Positions 29,580 to 42,368 of a stretch of DNA of 64,000 nucleotides are shown here, one piece after another. Origin of the DNA: Nocardioides daejeonensis (lineage in GTDB: Bacteria > Actinomycetota > Actinomycetes > Propionibacteriales > Nocardioidaceae); contig JBEBTI010000001.1 of NCBI GenBank assembly GCA_040393845.1, forward strand, positions 658 to 64,657, written 5' to 3'. The notes beneath the pieces were generated by a model. The model did not search any database. It saw only the letters and a program-made list of their open reading frames with translations, and was not told the DNA's origin. Position numbers and translations under genes: made by a program. Numbering within the stretch: the stretch's first letter is position 1; every line of letters begins with the position of its first letter.

Positions 29580-30956
29580 ATGTCCCTTCTCAGAGCAACC
29601 AAGGACGCGGTCTCGCCCGGTGGCAAGCACGGGCTGAGCAACCGCGAGAGCCGTGACCCGATCGGGCTCGCCGTCGCAGCGCTCAACAAGCTGGCCCAGA
29701 GCGATCTGATCGACCGGGTGGGCCTTCGCAAGCAGACCGAACGCAGCGTCTTCACGGTCACGCGTGGTGGCTTCAAGGTGGCCGGAACCGCCAGTCGTGC
29801 CTTCGCCCGCAAGGGCAGGAAGGGCACCGACGGGGTTCGCGTACCCCCAGCCGATCCGAGTGGGACATTCGACCTCACTCCGAGCGAGGACGAGCAGATG
29901 CTCGTCGACGTGGTCTCGGAGTTCGCAGCCGAGGTGGTGCGTCCCGCCGCTGCCGCGGCCGACGACGCTTGTGCCGCCCCGGCCGAGCTCCTGGCGTCGA
30001 GCCTGGAGATCGGCCTGCCGATCCTCGGTGTGCCGGAGCAGCTGGGCGGCATCTCCGAGGAGCGCTCCGCAATGGCCGGCACCCTGGTCGCCGAGGCATT
30101 GGCCAGGGGCGACATGGGTCTCGCCGTGGCGGCACTGGCGCCCGGTGCCGTCGCCACGGCACTCTCCCTGTGGGGATCGGACGAGCAGCAGGCGACCTAC
30201 CTGCCGGAGTTCACCGGCGACGCCGTGCCGGCCGCGGCGCTGGCACTGTCGGAGCCGACGATGCTCTTCGACGCGCTCAGCCCGGCCACCACCGCGGTGC
30301 GTGAGGGTGGCGACCTGGTTCTCAACGGCGTGAAGTCCATGGTGCCTCGTGCTGCCGAAGCCGAGTTGTTCGTGGTCGGCGCCCAACTCGAGGGCAAGAA
30401 CGTCCTGGTCCTGGTCGAATCGGGCACCGAGGGTGTGCTCGTCGAGGCGGACCCGTCGATGGGTGTCCGGGCGGCATCGCTGGCTCAGCTCGAACTGACC
30501 GGTGTCCGCGTCCCGGCTTCCGCGGTGCTCGGCGCGACCGACGGCACGACGTACGTCGAGTGCGTGCGGCTGTCCCGGCTGGCCTGGTGCGCTCTCGCCG
30601 TCGGGACCGGGCAGGCGGTGCTCGACTACGTGACCACCTACGTCAACGAGCGCGAAGCGTTCGGCGAGCCGATCAGCCACCGTCAGGCGGTGGCGTTCAT
30701 GGTGGCCGACATGGCCACCGAGCTCCAGGGCATGCGGCTGCTCACCTACCGCGCGGCGTCGCGTGCGGCTCAGGGCAAGGACTTCTCGCGTGAGGTCGCA
30801 CTGGCTCGCAAGGCCTGCGCCGAACATGGCATGCGGATCGGTCTCGACGGCGTACAACTGCTCGGTGGACACGGTTTCGTCAAGGAGCATCCGGTCGAAC
30901 GCTGGTACCGCGACCTGCGGGCCGTCGGACTGGTCGAGGGGGGAGTGCTGGTGTGA
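29580..30956 (+). CDS. Acyl-CoA dehydrogenase, FadE24-like subunit
   Basis: ALALSEP, LNGVKSMV, REAFGEPI..QAVAF, GVQLLGGHGF..EHPVERWYRD; short C-terminus. Confidence 0.9.
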   Translation: MSLLRATKDAVSPGGKHGLSNRESRDPIGLAVAALNKLAQSDLIDRVGLRKQTERSVFTVTRGGFKVAGTASRAFARKGRKGTDGVRVPPADPSGTFDLTPSEDEQMLVDVVSEFAAEVVRPAAAAADDACAAPAELLASSLEIGLPILGVPEQLGGISEERSAMAGTLVAEALARGDMGLAVAALAPGAVATALSLWGSDEQQATYLPEFTGDAVPAAALALSEPTMLFDALSPATTAVREGGDLVLNGVKSMVPRAAEAELFVVGAQLEGKNVLVLVESGTEGVLVEADPSMGVRAASLAQLELTGVRVPASAVLGATDGTTYVECVRLSRLAWCALAVGTGQAVLDYVTTYVNEREAFGEPISHRQAVAFMVADMATELQGMRLLTYRAASRAAQGKDFSREVALARKACAEHGMRIGLDGVQLLGGHGFVKEHPVERWYRDLRAVGLVEGGVLV

Positions 30957-31041
30957 GCGCCCCACGACGTCCTGCTCTCCTCCACACCGTCCCTCCGTGC
31001 ATGCCGCCGCGGGGACCGCGACACGACACGGGTGATGAATC

Positions 31042-32250
31042 ATGATCAATCTCGAGACTCCCAAGAAGCACCGGGCCCTGGTCGACCAGGCGCACCAGGT
31101 GGCGATGAACATGCTGCGGCCGATCTCCCGCAAGTACGACCGGGCCGAGCACGAGTACCCCAAGGAACTCGACATGCTGGCCGCGATGATCGACGGCCTC
31201 TCCGAGTCCGGTGCGTCCGAAGGCGCCGGTGCTGCCGGTGTACGACGTGACGAGAGCGAGAGCAAGGGCGTCAAGAACGGCGCCAACCTCGCCTCCGTGC
31301 AGTCCGTGGCCGAGATGTGCTGGGGCGACACCGGCCTGTTGCTGTCGATGCCGCGCCAGGGACTCGGCAACTCGGCGATCGCCTCGGTGGCCAACGACGA
31401 GCAGCTCGAACGATTCAAGGGCACGTGGGCGTCGATGGCGATCACCGAGCCGTCGATGGGCTCGGACTCTGCCGCACTGACCACCACCGCGACCAAGGAC
31501 GGCGACGAGTACGTCCTCAACGGCGAGAAGATCTTCGTCACCTCGGGCGAGCGTTCCGACAGCGTGGTGGTCTGGGCGACGCTCGACAAGGCACTGGGGC
31601 GGGCCGCGATCAAGTCGTTCGTGGTCACCAAGGGCACGCCGGGGATGAACGTGGAGCGACTCGAGCACAAGCTTGGCATCCGCGCCTCGGACACCGCGGT
31701 GATCACCTTCACCGACTGCCGCGTCCCGGCCGAGAACCTGCTCGGCAGCGCGGAGATCGACGTCAAGCAGGGCTTTGCCGGCGCGATGGCGACCTTCGAC
31801 AACACCCGCCCCCTGGTCGCGGCGATGGCGGTGGGCTGTGCCCGCGCCGCGCTCGATCTGACCCGCGACCTGCTCGAGCAGGCCGGCATCGAGATCGACT
31901 ACGACCGCCCGGCGGCGGCGCAGTCGGCGGCAGCGGCCAAGTTCTTGCAACTGGAGTCGGACTGGGAGATGGGCCGGCTGCTCACGCTGCAGGCTGCGTG
32001 GATGGCGGACAATCGCCAGCCGAACTCGCTCGAGGCGTCAATGGCGAAGGCGAAGGCCGGACGGGTCGGCTCGGACGTGACCCTGAGTTGCGTGGAGTTG
32101 GCCGGTTCGATCGGCTACTCCGAGAACGAGTTGCTGGAGAAGTGGTCACGCGACTCGAAGATCCTCGACATCTTCGAGGGCACCCAGCAGATCCAGCAGT
32201 TGATCATCGCGCGCCGCCTGCTCGGTCTCACCAGCGCCGAACTGAAGTGA
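31042..32250 (+). CDS. Acyl-CoA dehydrogenase, FadE23-like subunit
   Basis: MINLETPKK, AITEP..GSD, LNGEKIFVT, KLGIRASDT, RDSKILDIFEGTQQIQ. Confidence 0.93.
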   Translation: MINLETPKKHRALVDQAHQVAMNMLRPISRKYDRAEHEYPKELDMLAAMIDGLSESGASEGAGAAGVRRDESESKGVKNGANLASVQSVAEMCWGDTGLLLSMPRQGLGNSAIASVANDEQLERFKGTWASMAITEPSMGSDSAALTTTATKDGDEYVLNGEKIFVTSGERSDSVVVWATLDKALGRAAIKSFVVTKGTPGMNVERLEHKLGIRASDTAVITFTDCRVPAENLLGSAEIDVKQGFAGAMATFDNTRPLVAAMAVGCARAALDLTRDLLEQAGIEIDYDRPAAAQSAAAAKFLQLESDWEMGRLLTLQAAWMADNRQPNSLEASMAKAKAGRVGSDVTLSCVELAGSIGYSENELLEKWSRDSKILDIFEGTQQIQQLIIARRLLGLTSAELK

Positions 32251-32265
32251 GCTGACCGCACACAT

Positions 32266-32309
32266 GCCGCGAGGCCCGGTCCCCGATGGGGCCGGGCCTT
32301 GCGGCTTCT
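32266..32309. terminator. Intrinsic, probably bidirectional terminator hairpin between the fadE23-like and yiaAB genes
   Basis: 18-bp stem GCCGCGAGGCCCGGTCCC[CGAT]GGGGCCGGGCCTTGCGGC followed by TTCT. Confidence 0.85.
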
Positions 32310-32324
32310 GGAGGCGGGTCGTCC

Positions 32325-32615
32325 TCAGGCGACCTGACGGAAGGGATCGTGCTCGGCGAGGATCCGGTCGACTCGCGCCTGATCGAGGCGTGCCGCGACC
32401 GACTGGTTCTCCTGGGCGTCGCGCACGCACTTGGCGAGGGTGAAGGTGGACGTGGTCAGGTAGAGGGTGCCGAGAGCGAGGAAGGCCCGAATCCACGGCT
32501 CGACGGGCAGGTAACAGACGGCGAGGACCATCGTGAGGAGTGCGACCCCGAACGAGATGCCGGCCTGGATGAAGAAGGCACTGGTGGACTTGGCGGGAAT
32601 GTTGTTGTTCGTCAT
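32325..32615 (-). CDS. YiaA/YiaB family inner-membrane protein
   Basis: AFFIQAGISF, RAFLALG..LTTSTFTLAKCVRD.QE. Confidence 0.9.
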   Translation of the reverse strand: MTNNNIPAKSTSAFFIQAGISFGVALLTMVLAVCYLPVEPWIRAFLALGTLYLTTSTFTLAKCVRDAQENQSVAARLDQARVDRILAEHDPFRQVA

Positions 32616-32717
32616 GATCACAACCCTGCTGTGCAGCCCGACCGACGGGATCCGTGCAATCACTCGACCTGTCTGAGTATTCGACACCAATCGTCTGGTT
32701 CTGTTCGGATGTGTGCC

Positions 32718-33308
32718 ATGAGGTTGTACTCAGACGCCCCGGCACGACGGCGCCGTCAGCAGATCTCCGACGGGCTGGTCGGGTTGTGGGTGCTCTTCTG
32801 GTGCTGGCAGGGATGGAGCGTCGGGGCGGCGGTCCACGCCGGCGCCCGGCCCACCCGACGCGCCGAAGCGCTCACCGAGGACATCGGCATCGACCTCGGC
32901 CGGATCGCGGACTTCATCGGTGGCGTTCCGCTGATGGGACAATCGCTGGGCGACCTGGTGGTCTCCGCGCAGCTCAAGGTCCAGCAGCTGGCAGTGCTCG
33001 CCGGTGAGGCCACCGCCACCATCGAGGGGATCGGTTGGAAGGCCGGTCTGGGCGTGGCGGTGACGCCGAGCGTGCTGTTGCTGGCCAGCTACCTTCCGGC
33101 CCGGATCAGGTTCGTCAGGCGGGCGAACCACGACGGTCCGGTTGACGTCGAGTTGGAGGCGTTGCGCGCCCTGGTGCAGCAACCGGCAGCGGTCCTGCAC
33201 TCGCTGGTCGACGACCCTGTCGGTGGCTGGCAGCGCCGGGATCCCCATGCGGTTGCGGCCCTGGCTGCGCACCAACTCCGCCACGACGGCGTACGACCGC
33301 CCCAGTAG
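32718..33308 (+). CDS. Conserved actinobacterial membrane protein
   Basis: MRLYSD.P.RR..Q..D plus a TM, second TM ...YLP.RIRF, LRAL..QP. Confidence 0.75.
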   Translation: MRLYSDAPARRRRQQISDGLVGLWVLFWCWQGWSVGAAVHAGARPTRRAEALTEDIGIDLGRIADFIGGVPLMGQSLGDLVVSAQLKVQQLAVLAGEATATIEGIGWKAGLGVAVTPSVLLLASYLPARIRFVRRANHDGPVDVELEALRALVQQPAAVLHSLVDDPVGGWQRRDPHAVAALAAHQLRHDGVRPPQ

Positions 33309-33320
33309 GCACCCGACCGG

Positions 33321-36518
<3,198 letters not shown>

Positions 36519-36524
36519 CGGGGG

Positions 36525-37127
36525 TCAGCGCGACGAACGTGCGGTGCGGCCCTTGGCGACTCCGACGAAGCATTGCAGCACGTCGTCGTCCTCCTCACGC
36601 CTCCAGACGAGGGCGACGGTGGTGACCGGACCATCGTCGAGCACGACGTGGTTGACGTCCTTGCGGTGGTGCAGGCGGGCCAGCGACATCGGCAACACCA
36701 CCACGCCGGTGCCGGAAGCGACCACCTCGATCGCTTCGGCCACGCCCATGGCTGGCCAGTCGAGCCGTGGCGCGGTGGCGAGTTGCTCCCATCCCGGAAC
36801 CTCGCGTGGGTCCTGGATGAGTTGCTCGTCAGCCAGATCCGCCAACTGCACGGAGTCGAACGCGGTCGCGGGATGGTCCTTGGGTACGACGACCACCGGC
36901 ACTTCGTCATAGAGCTTCACGACGTGGTGCACGTCGCTGTCGACCGGGAGCCGCACCAGCGACATGTCAGCCTCGCCGGTCTCGAGCACCGCGGTCTGGA
37001 GAGCGTCTTCGACAGGTAGCAGTTGGAGGGGGATCCTCGGGAACTGTTCCCGCCAACGACGGGCCCACTTGTCCGGGGTTGCTCCGGCGACGAAGGCGAC
37101 GCGCAGGCGCGTGCGGGGCGTGCTCAC
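36525..37127 (-). CDS. Stand-alone LysR substrate-binding-domain protein (no HTH)
   Basis: LRVAFVAGATPDKW, ADMSLVRLP, LYDEVPVVV..DHP, VASGTGVVVLP; leaderless -10 TAGTGT. Confidence 0.85.
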   Translation of the reverse strand: MSTPRTRLRVAFVAGATPDKWARRWREQFPRIPLQLLPVEDALQTAVLETGEADMSLVRLPVDSDVHHVVKLYDEVPVVVVPKDHPATAFDSVQLADLADEQLIQDPREVPGWEQLATAPRLDWPAMGVAEAIEVVASGTGVVVLPMSLARLHHRKDVNHVVLDDGPVTTVALVWRREEDDDVLQCFVGVAKGRTARSSR

Positions 37128-37149
37128 GGGTCGACACTACGCTGCTGTC

Positions 37150-39825
37150 GTGCCCCGACTCCTCCCACGCACTGCCTTCGCGGCCGTGCTCCTCGTCACC
37201 GGCTTGATGGTCCCCGCAGCAGGGTCGCCCTCCACGCCGACATCTCCGGACGACGGCTGGCGGGTGGCGACCTCACGGGACGGGCTCAGCACGCTCACCT
37301 GGACGGCGCCGCACCGGTTGCCGATCACCTCTGACCGTCCCGAGGTGGTCGATGCACGCGGACGGTCGCTCGGCGCGGCGGTGGTGGCTGAGGACGGCCG
37401 GTCGGTGCAGGTCACCGTCACCGGCGCCGTCCCCGACCCGTCCACGTTGGACGTTGTGCTCTCCGGCGACCGCATCGACGAACCGGGCACGGACGGGACC
37501 GAAGCGGGTTCGGGTGAGAGTGGTTCCGGCGCCGCCGCCCGCCGTCGGCTCGCCGCGGATCCGGCGACGCCGGGCCCACACCAGATCCGCAGCGAGGACT
37601 ACGTGCTGGCGCCGATCACGCTCGACGGACTTGCCGAGCCGGTCGAGATGGTCGGCCACGTCGTCGAACCGGTGCGTTCGGCAGCCACCGGCCCGCGACC
37701 GCTGGTCGTCTTCCTGCACGGGCGCCACGAGTTCTGTTACGCGCCCGAGGGCAGCAGCGCCGACACCTGGACCTGGCCCTGTCGCGGTGGCGCGGTAGAC
37801 GTTCCGAGCCACCTCGGCTTCGACTACCTCCAGCGCCTCCTGGCCAGTCAGGGCCACACCACGGTGTCGATCCGCGCCAACGGCATCAACGCCCAGGACG
37901 ATGCGCTGCCGGATGCCGGGGCAGGTGCTCGTGCCGACCTCGTCGATGCCCATCTCGCGCACTGGGCGGGCCTCGCCGCAGCGCATCGGGTCGACCTCGA
38001 CCGGGTCGTGCTCGTCGGGCACAGCCGCGGCGGTGAGGGAGTCAACCGGCTCGCGACTCGGACCCAGCTCACCGCGCCGCACACCGTGGTCGGCCAGGTG
38101 CTCCTGGCACCCACCGATTTCGGGTCGCAGAGCACGCCCTACGTGCCGACCGTCACGGTGCTGCCGCACTGCGACGGAGACGTCAGCGACCTGCAGGGGC
38201 AGCGTTTCGTGGACTTCGGACGTGATCTCTCAGGTGCAGACACGGCGTTGAAGAGTGCCGTGCTGATGATCGGTGCGAATCACAACTGGTTCAACACCGA
38301 GTGGACGCCCGGCCTGTCCGACGCCCCGTCGAGCGACGACTGGTTCGGGAGGAAGAAGGCGTACTGCGGACGTCAGCATGCGGAACGATTGTCCGCATCC
38401 GAACAGCGTGCAGCCGCGTCAGCACTGGTGGCCGGTGCGGTGCGACTCTTCGCGGACGGTCAGCAGGAGTTCGCCCCGCTGTTCGACGGTAGCCCGGCAA
38501 CCGCTGCCTCGATGGGCCGCGCGATCACGCACTCGGCGGCGGTCGGTGGGGGACGCGAACTCCGGAGACCCGGACACGACATGAACCCCCGCGCCGGTGC
38601 GACTGCCGACGCCCGGTTCTGCCGGGCGGTGGTGAGCGCCCGCAGGAAGGCCGGCGTGTGCGGGCAGGGCATCGACGGCCCGAGCCCGAACTGGCCCGGG
38701 CTCGAGGAGCGGCTGCCCGAACGCACCGACCTCGAAGTCACGTGGCAGCGCCGCGGGCAACGGGTCACCCTTGACCTCGGCACGTCCCTCGACCTCAGCA
38801 CGCGTCGTCTCGACCTGCGCACCACGATCGACCCCACGCAGCGCGATCTGGGCCTGGGCTTTCGTCTGCATGACGCCTCCGGGGCGACCTCCGCGCTGCT
38901 TCCTGCGACGATTGCTGGCCTTGGCCCGCTTCCGGGTGGATCCGTGCATGCGCGGCACTGGGCGCAGACCGTCAGTGTGGCGTCCGAGCATGCCGCAGAC
39001 ATCGACCGCACCCGCGTCACCGCGATCGAGTTGGTAGCCGCGACCGAACTCGGCCGGATCTGGATCCATGACGTTGCCGCGACGCCTGCAACGCTGGCTC
39101 CGGTGCCCGCCGTTCGGCTTCCCGTCATCGACTTCGGTCGCACCCGGGTCGCGGAGGGTGGCGGCGCGGGACGGGGCACCGCCCAGCTGCCCTTCACCGT
39201 GCACGGAACTGTCTCGGAGCCCGCCACGGTGCAGGTCGTGGTTGCTCGGCCGTACGGCGCCCGACTGGATGTCGTCGTTGCCCCGGGAACGACCGAGGGC
39301 GCGGTGGCCGTGGAGTTCCCCCGCAACCACACCTACGACGACACGCCGGTGGTCATCCACACGACGGCGGTCGCGACCAGCGCGGCCACCACCGGCGCGT
39401 ACGTCGGCAGGGTCCGGGTGGTGGACGACGAGCCGGCGCCGACCGTGCGCCTACGGGCGAAACGCAGGCAGGTGCGCGAGGGTGGCGTGATCAGGCTCAT
39501 GGTGCGACTGACCGCACCGGTGACCGACCACCGGCTCTACACGTGGCGGTTCGTGCGCGGCAGGGCGCCGTCCGCCCAGGTCGGCGATCTGGCAGCCGGT
39601 TGGCGCAGACGCTGGGGACTGGACGACCCGGCTGTTTCGCTGCCCAGGAGCGGCCACTTCGGAACGGTGCTGCTCGAGCCGGGACGCCGCAGGGCCGTGA
39701 TCACGATTCCGACGACGCGGGACGGCGTGCGTGAAGGCGCGGAGCACGCAGCCGTTCTGGTTCGGGGGCCAGGACTCCGCGCCCGCGCAGCAGTTCGCAT
39801 CGCGGACGCGGTCGGGCGGCGCTGA
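37150..39825 (+). CDS. Large secreted alpha/beta hydrolase with C-terminal Calx-beta/Ig-like domains
   Basis: Signal peptide; VVFLHGRH, GHSRGG, DGDV, GANHNWFNTEW; beta-rich C-terminus (RVAEGG, RVVDDEPAP, RDGVREGAE). Confidence 0.75.
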   Translation: MPRLLPRTAFAAVLLVTGLMVPAAGSPSTPTSPDDGWRVATSRDGLSTLTWTAPHRLPITSDRPEVVDARGRSLGAAVVAEDGRSVQVTVTGAVPDPSTLDVVLSGDRIDEPGTDGTEAGSGESGSGAAARRRLAADPATPGPHQIRSEDYVLAPITLDGLAEPVEMVGHVVEPVRSAATGPRPLVVFLHGRHEFCYAPEGSSADTWTWPCRGGAVDVPSHLGFDYLQRLLASQGHTTVSIRANGINAQDDALPDAGAGARADLVDAHLAHWAGLAAAHRVDLDRVVLVGHSRGGEGVNRLATRTQLTAPHTVVGQVLLAPTDFGSQSTPYVPTVTVLPHCDGDVSDLQGQRFVDFGRDLSGADTALKSAVLMIGANHNWFNTEWTPGLSDAPSSDDWFGRKKAYCGRQHAERLSASEQRAAASALVAGAVRLFADGQQEFAPLFDGSPATAASMGRAITHSAAVGGGRELRRPGHDMNPRAGATADARFCRAVVSARRKAGVCGQGIDGPSPNWPGLEERLPERTDLEVTWQRRGQRVTLDLGTSLDLSTRRLDLRTTIDPTQRDLGLGFRLHDASGATSALLPATIAGLGPLPGGSVHARHWAQTVSVASEHAADIDRTRVTAIELVAATELGRIWIHDVAATPATLAPVPAVRLPVIDFGRTRVAEGGGAGRGTAQLPFTVHGTVSEPATVQVVVARPYGARLDVVVAPGTTEGAVAVEFPRNHTYDDTPVVIHTTAVATSAATTGAYVGRVRVVDDEPAPTVRLRAKRRQVREGGVIRLMVRLTAPVTDHRLYTWRFVRGRAPSAQVGDLAAGWRRRWGLDDPAVSLPRSGHFGTVLLEPGRRRAVITIPTTRDGVREGAEHAAVLVRGPGLRARAAVRIADAVGRR

Positions 39826-39826
39826 G

Positions 39827-41335
39827 ATGCGGCTCGCGGATCTGGTGGGCGCCTGGGAGGAGACGCGACGAACCCGGTCCCGCAACACCAAACGGGAGGT
39901 GCTGGCGCAGGTGCTGGCCGACTCCGAGCGCACCGCACTGCCCGTCGTGGTGTCCTACCTCTCCGGGGAGCTGCGACAACGACGTACCGGGCTGGGGTGG
40001 TCGGGGCTCCGCAACCTTCCCGCGCCAGCCGACACGACCTCGCTCGGCGTCCTCGCAGTCGACGATGCATTCGCGGCGATGGCGGCGCTGCGCGGAGCCG
40101 GCTCGGCTGCGGCCCGCAGGGACGTTGTCACACAACTGTTCGGCCGTGCCACCGAACCGGAACAGCAGTTTCTGGCCGGTCTGGTGTCGGGCAACCTGCG
40201 CCAAGGAGCCCTGGACGCCCTGATGTTGGAAGCGGTCGCGGTCGCTTTCGATGTCGACCCCATCCTGGTCCGACGGGCTGCCATGCTGGGCGGCTCCACC
40301 GCCGACGTCGCGGTGGCTGCCTCGAGCGGTGGAGGCGCGGCGCTCGCTGCGGTCAAACTCGAGCTGGGACGGCCGGTTCGGCCGATGCTTGCGGGGAGCG
40401 CGACGACGCCGCGGGAGGCAATCGACCGCTCCGGTGGAGCAGCGGTGCTCGTCGACACCAAGCTCGACGGCATTCGGGTGCAGGTGCATCGACACGGCAC
40501 GCAGGTCCGGGTCTTCACCCGCAGCTCCGAGGAGATCACCGCGCGCCTGCCCGGAGTGGTGGAACAGGTGCGCGCGCTCGGTGCGCCCGGAGACCTGGTG
40601 CTGGACGGTGAAGCGCTGCTCCGCGACGAGCACGGCATGCCCCGCCCGTTCCAGGAGACTGCTGCGCGATCTGCCAGTTCGTCCGACGGTCCAGTTCTGC
40701 GGGCGTGCTTCTTCGACGTGTTGCACCATGCCGGTGCGGACCTGCTCGACGAGGTGCTCGCCGATCGCCTGGCGGTTCTCGAACGGGTCGTCCCGGCAGC
40801 GGACCGGGTCCCGCATCTCCTCACTGCTGATCCCCTCGAGGCGACTGCGTTCTTCGACGCAGTGGTGGCGGGCGGTGGAGAGGGTGTCGTCGTGAAGACG
40901 CTCAACTCGCCCTACACCGCGGGTCAGCGGGGCGCAGCATGGGTGAAGGTCAAGCCACGGCACACGTTGGACCTCGTCGTCACCGCGGCGGAATGGGGCA
41001 GCGGACGACGAGCAGGCAGTCTGTCCAACATCCATCTCGCTGCCCGCGCCGGTGACGGCACTCTCGTGCCGCTCGGCAAGACGTTCAAGGGCATGACCGA
41101 CGAGGTCCTTGCCTGGCAGACACAGCGCTTTCTGCAGCTGGAGACCGCACGCGAGCGTCAGGTCGTTCACGTGCGACCGGAACAGGTCGTGGAAGTGGCC
41201 TTCGACGGCGTCCAGCGCTCGACGCGCTACCCGGGTGGCGTGGTGCTCCGCTTCGCCCGGGTGCTTCGGTACCGCCAGGACAAGACCGCATCGGAGATCG
41301 ACACCATCGACGCAGTGCGCGCGCTGCTCCGGTGA
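39827..41335 (+). CDS. ligB: ATP-dependent DNA ligase (LigB type)
   Basis: RPMLA, KLDGIR (motif I), LDGE, FFD, EGVVVK, WVKVK, RYPGG..LRFARV.RYR.DK. Confidence 0.93.
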   Translation: MRLADLVGAWEETRRTRSRNTKREVLAQVLADSERTALPVVVSYLSGELRQRRTGLGWSGLRNLPAPADTTSLGVLAVDDAFAAMAALRGAGSAAARRDVVTQLFGRATEPEQQFLAGLVSGNLRQGALDALMLEAVAVAFDVDPILVRRAAMLGGSTADVAVAASSGGGAALAAVKLELGRPVRPMLAGSATTPREAIDRSGGAAVLVDTKLDGIRVQVHRHGTQVRVFTRSSEEITARLPGVVEQVRALGAPGDLVLDGEALLRDEHGMPRPFQETAARSASSSDGPVLRACFFDVLHHAGADLLDEVLADRLAVLERVVPAADRVPHLLTADPLEATAFFDAVVAGGGEGVVVKTLNSPYTAGQRGAAWVKVKPRHTLDLVVTAAEWGSGRRAGSLSNIHLAARAGDGTLVPLGKTFKGMTDEVLAWQTQRFLQLETARERQVVHVRPEQVVEVAFDGVQRSTRYPGGVVLRFARVLRYRQDKTASEIDTIDAVRALLR

Positions 41336-41418
41336 GGGCGGCCACCCAGAGGAATTGGGGCATCCGAGCCAGATGTCTCGCTTTTGGACCCGGCTGAGAT
41401 CCATGTCACTGTGACGCC

Positions 41419-42309
41419 ATGGCTCCGCCCTCCGTGATCCCTGCCGTGGCCTGCTACCTGTTGGTCGATCCCACCGGCGCGATCCTGCTCCAGGAGCGTG
41501 ACTCAGGAGCGCCCACCCACGCGGACCAGTGGTGCACCCCGGGTGGACACGTCGAACCGGGGGAGTCCCCGGTCGAGGCAGCTCGTCGCGAGTTGCTCGA
41601 GGAGACCGGAATCGACCTGCCGACCGGTGCCCTGTTGCCCTGGCTCGTCGAGCGGCACGACTGCCCTCGGTGCGGACCGGTCGACCACTCCTTCTTCGTC
41701 GCCCAGGTCCAACTGGGTGACGACGACGTCACCTGCACGGAGGGACGCCGGATCTGCTTCGTCGCCCCCGAAGATGTGCCCACTCTCGACCTGACCCCTT
41801 CGTCACGCCACTTCCTCGAGCTGTTCATCGACTCACCTCTGCACCGGGGCGTCCCGCCGGACCCACCCGGTCACAGGTTCGCCAGCGTGCTGCTGGTGGA
41901 CCGGAGTGGCGGCATCCTGATGCAGGAGCGTGACGACCGGCCGGTCCTCGACCCGGACTGCTGGGGCTTCCCCGGGGGACACCTGGAGGACGGCGAAACC
42001 CCGGAGGCGGGCGCGCGCCGCGAGGTGGAGGAGGAGACCGGAGTGCGATTTGCGGGAACCCTCGTGCACTGGGAGGACTCGCCGGTGCACCACGTCGCCT
42101 ACGGCACCGTCGATCTGGTCCATGTGTTCGCCGCCGCAACCGAGCTGACGGACGCTGACATCACCTGCGCCGAAGGGCGCCAGATGATCTTCGTCCCCGG
42201 CGACGAGTTGCTCACCCGCCCGCTCACCAACTCGGCACGTCTGGTGCTTCCGGGTTTCCTCGCATCGACGCTGTACCGCCGCCTGCAGGTCGCCGCGCAC
42301 AGGCCGTGA
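41419..42309 (+). CDS. Tandem two-domain NUDIX hydrolase
   Basis: Two complete Nudix boxes: [23 protein letters not shown] and [23 protein letters not shown]. Confidence 0.88.
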   Translation: MAPPSVIPAVACYLLVDPTGAILLQERDSGAPTHADQWCTPGGHVEPGESPVEAARRELLEETGIDLPTGALLPWLVERHDCPRCGPVDHSFFVAQVQLGDDDVTCTEGRRICFVAPEDVPTLDLTPSSRHFLELFIDSPLHRGVPPDPPGHRFASVLLVDRSGGILMQERDDRPVLDPDCWGFPGGHLEDGETPEAGARREVEEETGVRFAGTLVHWEDSPVHHVAYGTVDLVHVFAAATELTDADITCAEGRQMIFVPGDELLTRPLTNSARLVLPGFLASTLYRRLQVAAHRP

Positions 42310-42368
42310 CTAGACTGTCCCGACGGCCCCGATCCGTGGGTCGCGACCGGACCGGAGGACTGCACCAC

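Noticed and set aside
29580-30956. The fadE24-like gene looks C-terminally truncated (possible pseudogene)
   Set aside because: A short C-terminus fits the known FadE23-FadE24 heteromeric acyl-CoA dehydrogenase arrangement, and the ORF is intact.
32660-32735. TGAGTA/ACTC half-sites near yiaAB (possible NarL-type response-regulator boxes)
   Set aside because: The half-sites are degenerate and inconsistently spaced, and one lies inside the neighbouring CDS.
41336-41418. Intergenic sequence after ligB with a T-run and the palindrome GTCACTGTGAC; possible REP/MITE or terminator
   Set aside because: No stable long stem and no second copy recognised in the window; a genome-wide search would be needed.
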